The translations under genes and the position numbers were made by a program. The notes beneath the pieces are model-generated. The model ran no database searches and had not been told where the DNA came from. It saw only the letters and a list, made by a program, of their open reading frames with translations. Below, piece by piece: positions 51,846 through 64,000 of a stretch of 64,000 nt of DNA; the stretch's first letter is position 1, and each line of letters begins with the position of its first letter. This DNA comes from Octopus vulgaris (lineage: Eukaryota), in the NCBI GenBank assembly GCA_951406725.2, contig OX597816.1, forward strand, positions 6,448,001 to 6,512,000, in the 5' to 3' direction.

Positions 51846-51927
51846 CTTTCCTGGTGAGAAGATTGCATAATGCACCCTTTATTCCTTCGGAATAAAAATA
51901 TGCAGTCTTCGAAACATGTGTCGAGAG
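51846..51927 (+). ncRNA. Type-I hammerhead ribozyme motif (PLE-associated, minimal stem III)
   Basis: Stem I CTTTC/GAGAG; core CTGGTGA (A6G vs CUGAUGA); 12-bp stem II GAAGATTGCATA/TATGCAGTCTTC; GAAA; C-ATGT-G; TC cleavage site at 51922. Confidence 0.7.
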
Positions 51928-52122
51928 TAAAGGGATTTTGTTAACATCTTCGTTCCTTCATTTATTCATATACAACACACAAATTTCTACACATGAACCC
52001 GGAGTTTCTACCCTTGACAGGTCGCTTCAACCGTGTTTTCTGACGTGAATTTGCTACCCAGATTTCGGTTAAACGAATTTTTCATGCTGACGATAAACAT
52101 AGGATTATTCATTCACCTACTG

Positions 52123-52182
<60 letters not shown>

Positions 52183-52642
52183 GTGTATGTTGGATGCTGT
52201 ACGTAAGTATGTAAGTATGTTTCTATGTATGTTTTATATAACTATCTCTTTGTACCTATATGAGGACAGAACACGGTAGACCTAGACATGGGAGATGAAA
52301 TATTATCATTCATATATATGTAAATAAATTAGATTTTATTTACCACTTTGTCCGGTCTCTCCACACACACATGCGTACGCATGTGTATCATAACAACGTC
52401 CTTCCCCTCTTTCTTTGTATATATATATAGAGTGTGTGTGTGAGAGAGAGTTTGAGAGAGAGAGAGAGAAGGGGCGAGAAAGAGAGTGAGAGAAAGGTAG
52501 GTGTGCATAAGATATATATATAATTATGATTCGTATATACACACACGCACACACACACATACACACGCACATACACACAAATATATATTCACACGTACAC
52601 ATACATATTATCGCTAACACACTATATAAAATACAGTATATT

Positions 52643-52677
<35 letters not shown>

Positions 52678-52728
52678 TATGTGTGTGTGTGTGTACGTGC
52701 GTTTATGTATGTCCAGACAGACAGACAT

Positions 52729-52814
<86 letters not shown>

Positions 52815-52956
52815 TGACAGACAGACAGATAGATAGATAAAAAGAGACAGACAGATAGATAGAATGTGAATATGGGAAATAATGATTAATTTATGAACCG
52901 GTAAAGTATATTCAGGGCATCTCACAAGCTGACATACTATGTTACACATAAAACTC

Positions 52957-53031
<75 letters not shown>

Positions 53032-53729
53032 CACACTGTTGCGTGTGTGTGTGTGTATAGCTAAAAATCCTTATGTGTCTCAGTAACGATTCTGTCATTC
53101 ATCAAATGAAGCGGATAACATGCGGCTTATGTTTAAAATAACATTGTAACTGGGTGTATATGATTACACGATAAGGGCGCTGCTATCAATGGTGCAAACA
53201 TTAGGCTGTTCGATAAATGAATTCAATTATAATTCTAAACATTATCATCTAAAAGATATGAATGAGAGCAATAAGAATGATAATGATGAAGAGAGAGAGG
53301 GGGGATAGGAGGAGGAGGAGGAGGAAGAAGATAAATAATGATAATGAGGAGGAGCAGAGGAGGCGGGGAAGATGAGATGTTGCATACGTAGGAATCATTT
53401 ATATGGTGAAAATGAGGCTTTGCCAGTGAAAGATGGCTGTTAACTTATTGATTTCTTTGTTTGACACGAAGCCATTTGTTCAAGAACAGGGAACAGTAAA
53501 TTCAATGTGACTTTCACTAATTTTATCAACCTCCGCCGAGTCTAAGACAATGTTTCCCCCGTAGGAATTAAATTTAGAGTCAGAATCTTCAGAAGTTTTA
53601 TGTAATTAATGTATTTGATTCGACCCTTCTTCGTGCAAAATATATTTTACGCATTATCTCATCTTTAGAATGTGATATTCACGTATAGGATGACTTATCG
53701 TGACATTGTGCATTATATTTCGTTTCACG

Positions 53730-54014
53730 CCTTGACCTTCTGCAAATACCAAATTTTATTTTGGTTTGCGGGAGCAACTGCCTTCGAAGACTTTTATTGT
53801 TGTTCAACGCTCGAAATGAGGAGTAGATGGACAGGCGGCAACTGATGAAGGGTCGTTCTTTATGTTACTTGTCCTGTTTTCCATTTGTTTCTTCGTTGTT
53901 TGCGTATTCAACTCTTTTGTTTTCGTATTTCATGTTGTTCATGGTTTGTAACGTCCTGTACCTGTATATGCATATATATCTAAATGCATATATGTACATA
54001 TACACATAGATATA

Positions 54015-54071
<57 letters not shown>

Positions 54072-54607
54072 TATATAATTATTTAATTGAACGCCACGCA
54101 TCCATTTCCAAGTAAGTTTATCTTAATATTTTTTATGTGACTTTACCCTATACTGTTCTTTCTCCCCCTATCATTTTCTCTCTCATCCTTTCTCTAATTG
54201 TCTCCCCTTCACCGTTTTCTATCTATCTGTCTCTCTCTCCCTCTTTTTCCTTTACTCTCTCTCTCTCTCCTTTACTCTCTCTCGTTGCTCGCACGTAACC
54301 ATCGTCCATCTTTCTTTTCCTCTCGTGATCATCTTTCTTTTCCTTTACGGCTGACGTAGAGACTGCATGTATCTCATCTGTCTCTCCTATCTTTTCTCTT
54401 GTCAAAGAAAATATTCCTCCAGCGTTCGCGATTTTATCCTCGTCTGGTCTAACGACCCTTCATGTTTGTTTTTGTTCGGTTTCCTTGTATGACTCCACTG
54501 TCCTGTTTTTGTTACCGACTTTGACCCTTCGCAGATCCCAAATTTTATTTTGGCTTGCGGGAGTAACTGCTTTCGAAGACTCATATTGTCGTTCCATGCT
54601 CGAAATA
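53730..54607 (+). repeat. Two ~90-bp diverged direct repeats (53730-53817, 54517-54607) of an unclassified element
   Basis: CAAATTTTATTTTGG.TTGCGGGAG.AACTGC.TTCGAAGACT...GCTCGAAAT occurs twice. Confidence 0.6.
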
Positions 54608-54830
54608 ATCCGTTTGTCTGTCCTTGTTTGTCCTTTCTGTGTTTAGTGGGCAGTAAAGAAATAGGTATTTTATCTGTCTTTACGTTCTGAGTTCAAATTC
54701 CACCGAAGTCGACTTTGCTTTTCATCCTTTCGAGGTCGTTAAATTAAGTACCAGTTGCATACTGGAGTCGATCTAATCGACTGGCCTCCTCCCCAAAAAT
54801 TCCGGGCCTTGTGACTAGAATAGAAAAAAA
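54606..54830 (+). mobile_element. SINE-B: B1 tail joined to a B2-type unit
   Basis: AAAGAAATA|GGTATTTT junction at ~54655-54671. Confidence 0.8.
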
Positions 54831-54839
54831 TATTAAGAT

Positions 54840-55320
54840 CAGTGGTTTTGTTGGTTTGAAGAAACATGAATTGGTTTCTCGCTTGGCGTATATGTGAATC
54901 TGACAGAGTGGCAAGAGAGATTTGGAAGAGATTGTCTTGTTGCATTCAGCGTTCAAGTGATTCAGTGATGGGGGGAAACCGTGTTTTGAACACCAGCAGC
55001 CTCTGTATAGAATAAGCACAAGAACCAAGATAACTTCAGGTGTGAGGGAAATCAGATAAAGGCCGTTGATGCAGCAATAGATATAGTCGAAAAGTTGCTT
55101 GTAATTGGATGATTTCAAAGAGCAGAAAAGGCTGCAGATGTCTTAGAAGAGGATGATTGCAGCTTTGAACCAGAATAAATGGAAGTCATTCAGTCGAAAG
55201 AAGCGAGTGGAAACCGCCTTTTTAAGTGAAAATTGTCTGCAGATTGCCATGGCACCGATTGAAGTTGCCCCGTGTCGTACATTCTTATGAACACTTAGAA
55301 CCTTTGGAGATATATTGATT
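54840..55320 (-). mobile_element. Decayed CR1-like LINE 3' fragment
   Basis: Minus strand carries degenerate C-terminal segments (LILYRGCWC, NSCFF, LNIFF) in a CR1-like order. Confidence 0.35.
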
Positions 55321-55339
55321 TGGATCTCGTATCATACTT

Positions 55340-55780
<441 letters not shown>

Positions 55781-57019
55781 CAGTTTCTATGTTGTTTTGA
55801 AAAGCATTAAGGAAACATTCATTTAATTTAGGATTCTAAGGCCTCTGCATTGTTCTCTTAGTTCATTTGACATTGAATAGAACGGAAATTAATATCGCGG
55901 ACAGAATTGTTTCACTTTCTCAACATATCAAACGGGTTGGTTTTTGTGTTGTCAATGGAACGTCGTTGTCAAAGTTTACGACTCAACCGTTTATCGCTTT
56001 GGGAATAAAACCATAAACATACAAAAGTCCAACTTTAATCAAATCGCATTCTCAAGTCTTCAAATGTATAATCAGTACATTTATAGATGAATATTTAGGA
56101 AGAACTAATAATGGAGTATCAATATGCCAGAAGTGTGTACGATAGAAATTTATTTAAAAGAAATCAGAAATTTTCTTATAAGTCTTAATACTAATCCCAT
56201 GGTGGATTGCAACAGGAATTATACTTGCAATAACCTTCTTGCAATTTTTGGTTCCATTATATACAATGTTTAATAATCATTCTGACTTCATTCTATTATG
56301 TTCCATTTATATTTGAAAGACCAATAGAATTTATATCATAAAGTTATGCAAACCAATAATGAGTGAGTTTGCATTGCTGTTGTTTGCGTTGGTTGTATTT
56401 GTCGTTATCATTTATAACGACCGCACACATGCTTCACACACAGGATTCCTTTTAATATTTATGATGCAGAACAATAATTACAATCGCAAATAACATTTTT
56501 TTTTTTATTCGTCAAACAAATATCAGTGTGTGTATGTCTGTCTGTGTGTGTGTTTCTTTTTAAAAATGAAGGAAACAACAATAAATGGAAAAATGCGTAA
56601 AGTATAAATAGAGACCGGAGCAATTTATTTTATAAAATGACTCATACAAAACTGGTTTCCTTTCCTTCTCTTTTAACAAAATGATTATTTCTCCGCCCCG
56701 TTGGAGTCGTTCACGGTCTCTACATAAGAACTAACAACTCTATCTTTCATCTATCGATCGGGATCCCCTCAACCTCGAGGTCTTCCAGATGGAGTGACCG
56801 GCCAACTGACGGGCAATACTAACAAACAGCTATTAAATCCATTAGTTACCTCCCTTTTTGATTTCTGTATAAAACTGACGCAAACTTCCCTAGTTTCAAG
56901 ATGGCAGCGTTTGCTCATTACGTAGAGAAGGAGACAAGACTAGTATTGTGCGTCATTACATTTTACACCACATACAGGGTGTATATAAGGATTACCGTCA
57001 GCACCAACATAATAAATAA

Positions 57020-57700
57020 CTAATTTCTTAGATACCATCCTAGATTTAAGGTACCAGTACATAAAACTTTCGATAAACCTTCAGAAATTAAGATAAATAA
57101 ATAAAAACTCTTGCAACCTACAGTATTTAGAAATTCAAACATAGAACCCAGATAATTATTTGGCTTGTCTCCCATTTAATTTCAAATGTAAATCTAAGGA
57201 AAAGGTTTATAAAGTTGATAGCTAAGTACTTCCCTAGCAATTGCCCTTGTAAATCCGTATTCAACAGAAAATGCTTGAAAATTATATGTAGTAGCAGTCA
57301 AAATATTAAAAGTATTTTCACCAGAAAACCCAGAACTTTTATAAACAGTAAGAGTGTCTGCATAAATAAGGTAGACTACCCGCTTGATTTGGTTTAAAAT
57401 ACCAAAGAAGTAGAATATGAACAGCCATCAGTTTCAAAAACAACAATGGAACAATGGGAACGAAAACATATATCGGAAAGACTGGAGAATTCATAAGAAA
57501 GATATATTAGTCATACAGTCTCTTCAGCGATAAAGAAATTAAAACATCCACAGCCTTATCGAAATTTGGGGGGATCAAAGAGAATAAAGACTACATAGTT
57601 TCATTGAGAATTAGAGATTCAAACAAAACACCATTCACCAAACTAATAAGAAAGGCATCGATTCGGAAACAAACCGCTTATCTCTGTTCGTTATTTTTTT
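57020..57700 (+). mobile_element. Decayed Neptune-type Penelope-like element (RT C-terminus, thumb, GIY-YIG)
   Basis: NFLDTILDL; PFN..NLRKRFIKLIAKYFPSNCPCKSVFNRKCLKIICSSSQNIKSIF; KTYIGKTG...TSTALSKF. Confidence 0.75.
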
Positions 57701-57708
57701 TTCTTGTA

Positions 57709-57871
57709 GGCGCAGAAGCGGCTGTGTGGTAAGTAGCTTGCTTACCAACCACATGGTTCTGGGTTCAGTCCCACTGCGTGGAACTTTGGTCAAGTGTCTT
57801 CTACTATAGCCTCGGGCCGACCAAAGCCTTGGGAGTGGATTTGGTAGACGGAAACTGAAAGAAGCCCGTCG

Positions 57872-57924
<53 letters not shown>

Positions 57925-58152
57925 ATGCATCTGTGTATATGTTTGTGTGTCTGTGTTTGTCCCCCCAACATCGCTTGACAACCGATGCTGGTGTGTTTAC
58001 GTCCCCGTAAGTTAGCGGTTCGGCAAAAGAGACCGATAGAATAAGTACTGGGCTTACAAAAGAATAAGTCCCGGGGTCGATTTGCTCGACTAAAGGCGGT
58101 GCTCCAGCATGGCCACAGTCAAATGACTGAAACAAGTAAAAGAGTAAAAGAG
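57709..58152 (+). mobile_element. SINE family A
   Basis: Full-length copy. Confidence 0.9.
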
Positions 58153-58194
58153 GTAATTAGAACGTTTCCCTCTCTTGGTTCTTCCATTTTTTTT

Positions 58195-58512
58195 GTCTTT
58201 TATTTGTTTCTGTTGTTAGACTGCGGCCATACTGGAGTACCGCGTTGAAGAATTTTAGTCAAACGGCTCGACCCAAGTGCTTATTCTATCGGTTTCTTTT
58301 GACAAACCACTAATGTTACTGGGACGTAAACACACCAACACCAGTTGTCAGCCACTGGGAGGGGCAAACATACACACACACACACGGCGGTTTCTTTCAA
58401 TATTCGTCTACCAAATCATTTCACAAGACACTGGCCAAGGTGCCACACAACGAGACTGAACCCGAGACCCTGTGATTGGGAAACACACTTACCACACAGC
58501 CACGCATGCGCC
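58195..58512 (-). mobile_element. SINE family A, diverged
   Basis: Reverse complement, tail-to-tail with 57709-58152. Confidence 0.75.
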
Positions 58513-58530
58513 TATATAAATATATATTTA

Positions 58531-58935
58531 AAGGCGGCGATCTGGCAGACACGTTAGCGCGCCGGACGAAATGCTTAGTGGTATTCCGCCGAGGTCGACT
58601 TTGCCTTTCATCCTTTCGGGGTCGATTAAATAAGTACCAGTTACGCACTGGGGTCGCTGTAATCGACTTAATCCCTTTGCCTGAACTTGTTTGTCCCATC
58701 TGTGTTTATCCCCTTGCGGGTAGTAAAGAAACAGGTATTTCGTCTGTCGTTACGTTCTGAGTTCAAATTCCGCCGAGGTCGACTTTGCCTTTCATCCTTT
58801 CGGGGTCGATAAATAAAATACCAGTTTCGCAATTGCGATAAATAAAATACCAGTTTCGATGTAATCGACTTAATCCCTTTGTCTGTCCTTGTTTGTTCCC
58901 TCTATGTTTAGACCCTTGTGTGCAATAAAGAAATA
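58531..58935 (+). mobile_element. SINE-B (B1) dimer with one head
   Basis: Junction AAAGAAACA|GGTATTTCGTCTG at ~58725-58746. Confidence 0.85.
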
Positions 58936-59812
58936 TATATAAATATATTTATTCTATTTTATTCTATTTTGTTCGCCAGAGTTTTTAAACACAAAAAACT
59001 TCAAGTTACTTCAAAATACGAGCCAACGAGAGAGCATCTACATGTTCTCTGGACTTGCTAGAAACTGCAGCCAAACCTCCCGCAAATCACATCGTGCCAC
59101 TTTACAAAATGGAAGAGCACATTTCATAATGCAGACCAAGAAAACAAAGTAAGGCAGGATGCTCATCTTTGGAACGCCTTGATCATAGGCTGATCAGAAC
59201 TGACACAGCAGACTCCGAATATTCTAAATTAACAAACCATAAGTATCAACACGTTTCTGTACATGAAAATATTTAATCTTTTACTTAAAATTATGGGAAA
59301 TTAGAGATAAATACTGGTGCTGTGAACTGTTTTAGCCATTCAAAGAATGGTGTTAACCAAATTGACCAAGAACTAGAGAGAGCATTTCAATTTTTTGTAA
59401 GGAAAGGAATTTAAAGTGACGAGATATTGCAACGGCGGCGATAGGTGAAATTAATGATGTTTTTAGTTGTAGACAGCCATTAGGTCGCAATCAATATATT
59501 ATAATCAATACATCAGATTCGACAAATCGATAGAAGTAGACAAAAATATATTGATTAATATAATGCATTATATGAGATATTTTCAATGTTTTATAAATTT
59601 CAATTTTATTTCTCTTGTGGAATCTATATAATTCTAAATGTTTTTTGAAGTATCATTAGAGTGATTTATATAACAAACTATCTAAGTAGAAATATACATG
59701 AATTTATTAATATAAAAAATTATAGTAATATATCACCATATATTGACACACGTGTGAGAGTGTATGTGAGCAAGTTTAGAATGGATACGCTAATGTCCAT
59801 AATATATATACA

Positions 59813-59915
<103 letters not shown>

Positions 59916-59944
59916 GTATATATATATATATATATATAATATAT

Positions 59945-60096
59945 ATAGCAGAGTAAAGTAATTTATTTTATAGAAGGAGTTCTACAGGACTAGAACTGTT
60001 TCATTCAGATGAAATCTTCTGAAGGTTTCATCTGAATGAAACAGTTCTAGTCCTGTAGAAGCTCCTTCTATAAAATAAATTACTTTACTCTGCTAT
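59945..60096. repeat. Near-perfect 152-bp palindrome with a 1-nt spacer at 60020
   Basis: Arms differ by one indel and one substitution; adjacent to (TA)n. Confidence 0.9.
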
Positions 60097-60155
60097 GTAT
60101 TGAGTACCTTATTTACTGTGGTTAACCCCGACTCAACCCGGGACCTACATATATA

Positions 60156-60538
60156 TCTCTCTCTATATAAACGGTAGTTTGTCTGTGTGTGTTTCTGTGT
60201 GTCTGTTTGGTTGTACCCTCACTCTGACCACGGCTTTCCAACCGATTCTGATGAAACTTGACACACACATAGCCCAATGTCATAATTCAAAACTAACGCA
60301 GCGAAAATTTTGAAAAGTTCCCCCAGTTCTGAAAAAAATCGATAAATTCGACATGGGGTCGAGAATCAGAAACACAAACCACAGACTGTCAAGGGGACGC
60401 AACTCCACCTTTTTAACTCTCAAAAAAATTTACCATCATTTTTTTCCCATTTTTTTGCTATATTTTGGCTATAACTATCTAAAAATGCTTTATAGTTATT
60501 TCCCTTACAAACCTGAGCAACGCCGGGCGATACTGCTA

Positions 60539-60539
<1 letters not shown>
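60156..60539 (+). mobile_element. Non-autonomous Helitron
   Basis: A|TCTCTCTCTATATAAACGG ... GAGCAACGCCGGGCGATACTGCTAG|T. Confidence 0.85.
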
Positions 60540-60573
<34 letters not shown>

Positions 60574-60580
<7 letters not shown>

Positions 60581-60763
60581 AGAAAAAGGAGGCAGTCAGA
60601 ATTTTGGATGATCCTTTATTAGCGCTTTCGTTCGTTTACGAACCGGTCAAGACAAAATCAAAATGGATCTAGATATTGATTTCGCCTTGACGAGTTCGGA
60701 AACGAATAGAAGCGCTAATAAAGAATCATCCAAAATTCTGACTGCCTCCTTTTTCTCAATATA
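60574..60763. repeat. ~190-bp palindrome whose arms each contain a hammerhead-like motif
   Basis: TATATTGAGAAAAAGGAGGCAGTCAGAATTTTGGATGAT... pairs with ...ATCATCCAAAATTCTGACTGCCTCCTTTTTCTCAATATA. Confidence 0.85.
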
Positions 60764-61180
60764 CAATATTTGTACACCACTTCAAACACTCTATACATAT
60801 ATATATATGTGTGTGCATGTGTGTGTGCGTGTTTGTGCGTGTTTGTGTGTGTGTGCATCGTTTGTGTGTGTGTGTGTGTGCATCGTTTGTGCGTGTGTTT
60901 GTGTCCTGGAGGTTGCCTGACAGTCCAGAGACCATGGACTTTACGTTCGAACCTCCTAGCATTGAGTACTGGCTACTTTGTTGCCTTGTGTCCCGTGTAG
61001 TATTCACTATCTGCGGCTCCGGTTACTTGCGTCCCGGAGCCCCACACACCCAGTGAAACAGGGAGACTCTTTGAGAAATTGCTTGCCCAGGTTGACGACT
61101 TTTATTTATCCAAAATATTTGTTTTGAGAAAGAGCAACATTCACACATACGTACATACATACACACACACTTACACCCAT

Positions 61181-61234
<54 letters not shown>

Positions 61235-61249
61235 CAATATGGCACAATT

Positions 61250-61515
61250 ATTTCACTCGATTGGCACCACTCTCTTTAACATTACACTAAAAAACACAAT
61301 AAAGCAGAAACAGACCCCATAGAGTTCAAGAAGTCTTTGGATAAATTCCTTCAAGAAATCCCGGATAAACATCCTACACCCGGATATGTCTGCGTAAACA
61401 ATAAATCTCTCCTCGAGTGGTCCATGTTATCCGATTCCTGATTTCAACGACTTCTCCAGATGGTGCTATTAAGTTAGACATAGCCTGGGCCAAAACTGGT
61501 CGAAACCTATCAAAG
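61250..61515 (+). mobile_element. CR1/L2-group LINE 3' end
   Basis: GTTLFNI...DPIEFKKSLDKFLQEIPDKHPTPGY...NKSLLEW; same motif class as 36246-36530. Confidence 0.7.
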
Positions 61516-61571
61516 TATATATGTACATGTATGTATGTATGTATGTATGTATGTATGTATGTATGTATGTA

Positions 61572-62851
61572 TTGAGTTGTGTGGAAAGTTCGTGCCGATT
61601 TATAGTAGCTTACCTTTCGACTTATTTTAGAACATGGTTGAGTCCATAAAATAGGATTTGACTACACCCCCATTTAGAGAAGAGTTTAAGCTATCTTTTC
61701 GTAGAAGAAGGTTTATGTTCCTATAACCTGTGTTAATTCTGTAACCCTTTAAAATGGAAGATAAGAAAGCTCATTTTCGGCACTTAATGCTTTTCTTTTT
61801 CCGTAAAGGGAAAATGCCTCACAAGCAACCAAAGAAATATGCGCAGTTTATGGTGATTTTTCTTTGTCCGAAAGAACTTTACGGAAGTGGTTCGCAAGGT
61901 TCCGAGCTGGAGATTGTAGCCTTATTGATAAAGAGCGGTCAGGCAGACCATCTACTACAGATGATGACCAAATCAAGTCATTCATTGAGAATAACCCACA
62001 TTGCACAACCCGAGAATTGGCAGAAAGCCTCAACCTATCAAAATCCGTCTTTCATGAACACCTGGTAAAGCTTGGGTACACAAATCACTACGATGTTTGG
62101 GTACCACATGAGTTGAGTGAGAAGAACCTTTTGGATCGCATTTCCATCTGTGATTCGCTTTATAAACGGAATGAAAACGTGCTTTTTTTAAAGCAAAGTA
62201 TGACAGGTGATGAGAAATAGATTAACCTACCGAAATGTTCAGAGAAAGCGATCTTGGTGTAAGCGACATGAGCCACCCTTAGCCACCCCAAAAGCGAGTC
62301 TTCACCCTAAAATAGTCTTGCTTTATGTCTGGTGGGATTGGAAAGGAATTCTGTATTATGAGCTTCTCCCAAGTAACCAGACAGTTCTGTGAAATATTGC
62401 ACACAACTGCACAAGTTAAAAGCAGCAATCCCTGAGTAACGTCCAGAATTGGCAAGCAGGAAGGGTGTTGTTTTCCAACATGATAACACAAGACCGCACG
62501 TTTCTTTGGGAACAAGACAAAAATTGCTGCAACTCGGCTGGGATGTGTTACCTCACCCTCCATATTCACCAGATATTGCTCCTTCGGGTTTCCACTTATT
62601 CAGGTCTCTGCAGAATAGTCTTAATGGTAAAAATTTCAATTCCATGGATGACGTAAAAAGATACCTTGATGAATTCTTTGCCATGAAACCACCTCAATTC
62701 TGGGAAGAGGGTATTTTCAAGTTAAAGGAAAGATGGAGACGCATTGTGCAACAAAATGGTTCATATTTGGTTGATTAAAAACATAATGGCATGTATTTAT
62801 TGACCTTTTTCTTTCCTTTAAAAATCGACACAAACTTTCCGGACAACCCAA
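61572..62851 (+). mobile_element. Full-length (~1.28 kb) mariner transposon, mellifera-subfamily-like
   Basis: TA TSDs; TIRs TTGAGTTGTGTGGAAAGTTCGTGCCGATTT / AAATCGACACAAACTTTCCGGACAACCCAA. Confidence 0.95.
61754..62778 (+). pseudogene. mariner DD34D transposase pseudogene
   Basis: MEDKKAHFRHLMLFFFRKG, WVPHEL, TGDEK*, HDNTRPH, HPPYSPDIAPSGFHLF; frameshifts, stops at 62218 and 62437, third catalytic D changed to G. Confidence 0.93.
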
Positions 62852-62879
62852 TATATACAATACAAACACATACAGAAAA

Positions 62880-62990
62880 ATAGATAGATAGATAGATAGA
62901 TAGATACATACATACATACATACATACATACATACATACATACATACATACATACATACATACATACATACATACATACATACATACATA
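62880..62990. repeat. (GATA)n(CATA)n microsatellite
   Basis: Direct inspection. Confidence 0.95.
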
Positions 62991-63758
62991 GAAATATTTT
63001 AAAAATCAGCTCTGTGTGTATATATATATATATATGAAAAATCATTCATTTAGCATAAATCAACGAGACCTCCTTCAACTGAAGTTTTAGAATGCATTTG
63101 GTGAATATTTTCCCCCAGGAACGCCTGTCGGTGTAATCCCCTAGCTCGCTGATTTACGCGAAATACAAACGAAAATCTTTTTTTACGGAAGGAAAATGCA
63201 AACTATCAAATATTCTATCGCTGATTGTCAAGTAAGATAACACGTAAACTTGTATGGCTGCAGGTATTTCTAGGGTTGCAATAAAAAGAATTACCGCCTG
63301 ACAGTTATCGGAACAAACGAGAGCATTGTCACTTCTCCAGGCCATGCAAACTTAATTGTCACGTATTTCAAAGCCGTCAGAAGGCCCCTGAAGCCCATCA
63401 ATCAGGTCTACGAAAGAACGGAGGGAAAAAAAATTAGGGGATCAGTTTCCTTTTTCGAAGATAACTAGTTAAGATTATGCAACTTTCGTGGCGTATTCAT
63501 AATAATTTTGTGTAATTTAAATCCATTTTGCAGAAGAAAATATCACTAAATACGGAATAAATCAATGGAATTGAGAATATGCTGCTGCTATTAATGGTTA
63601 TAATTCCTCGGATATCAACAGCTCGGAAATTCTTTAGTATTTTTCTGACATTGATATTATACAATTGCACGTCACCATATCAAAAAATTACTGAATGCAC
63701 ACGAAAACATATGCAAATACACTTCAATACATTTGAGTATTCATACGAATATCAATAT

Positions 63759-63813
<55 letters not shown>

Positions 63814-64000
63814 TGCTTTGACAACCTGGCGAGTTTGATTCTAAGGTGTTTTGTTGGCTTGCTGTGCTTAGTTCAGTTTTTCTAAGAAAAAATTGAAAAT
63901 TTGCTATCAAGGGACCGTTGTCCATTCATATTCTTGCGACATTGTTATAAATTTTATAAAAATGATGGCACTAGCAGATTCTGTAGCGCGTCATGCAAAA

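Larger units (their letters stand above)
50640..52125 (+). mobile_element. Penelope-like element (Neptune-type) 3' portion with 5' inversion, ending at (TA)n
   Basis: GIY-YIG frame, downstream hammerhead motif, perfect 31-bp inverted repeat 50640-50670 / 50751-50781. Confidence 0.75.

Noticed and set aside
53815-53880. CTGATGA at ~53842 as a hammerhead core
   Set aside because: No GAAA follows the putative stem II, and there is no consistent type-II pairing with the upstream GAAA
55800-56350. Possible very old RT remnant on the minus strand
   Set aside because: Only vague motif resemblance with many stops; cannot be supported by eye
56870-56915. Promoter-like motifs (TGACGCAA, CAAGATGGCAGC YY1-like)
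   Set aside because: Isolated short motifs next to a transposon remnant, with no downstream gene
57635-58135. Recurrent short ORFs (MFQSFDCGHAGAPP..., MRNWYLIYRPRKDERQSRPRRN...)
   Set aside because: They are antisense translations of SINE-A and SINE-B copies, not a gene family

Overview
This is AT-rich, repeat-saturated eukaryotic DNA (intronic or intergenic), not prokaryotic. The SINE families and microsatellite density suggest a coleoid cephalopod, probably Octopus (inference from recalled repeat families; not database-checked). No intact host gene can be supported; there is one weak candidate exon near 11 kb. Most ORFs in the track are translations of microsatellites or SINEs. The window holds: (i) >40 tRNA-derived SINE copies in several families, labelled here A, B and C/D; (ii) a full-length decayed mellifera-like mariner and a second mariner end; (iii) four non-autonomous Helitrons; (iv) a hAT MITE with nested insertions; (v) fragments of R4/Dong-like, RTE and CR1/L2-like LINEs; (vi) Penelope-like (Neptune-type GIY-YIG) remnants, one followed by a well-formed type-I hammerhead ribozyme motif; and (vii) at least seven fold-back structures, two with hammerhead-like cores near the axis. 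The most unusual signals are these. SINE-B forms one-head multimers rejoined at the same GAAATA|GGTATTTC junction in its own anticodon-like hairpin, and several of its genomic targets share GGTAT. Some palindromes contain hammerhead-like motifs. Some retroposons sit specifically inside (TAA)n or (ATAC)n arrays. Boundaries were read by eye and are approximate to a few bases unless TSDs or TIRs are quoted.
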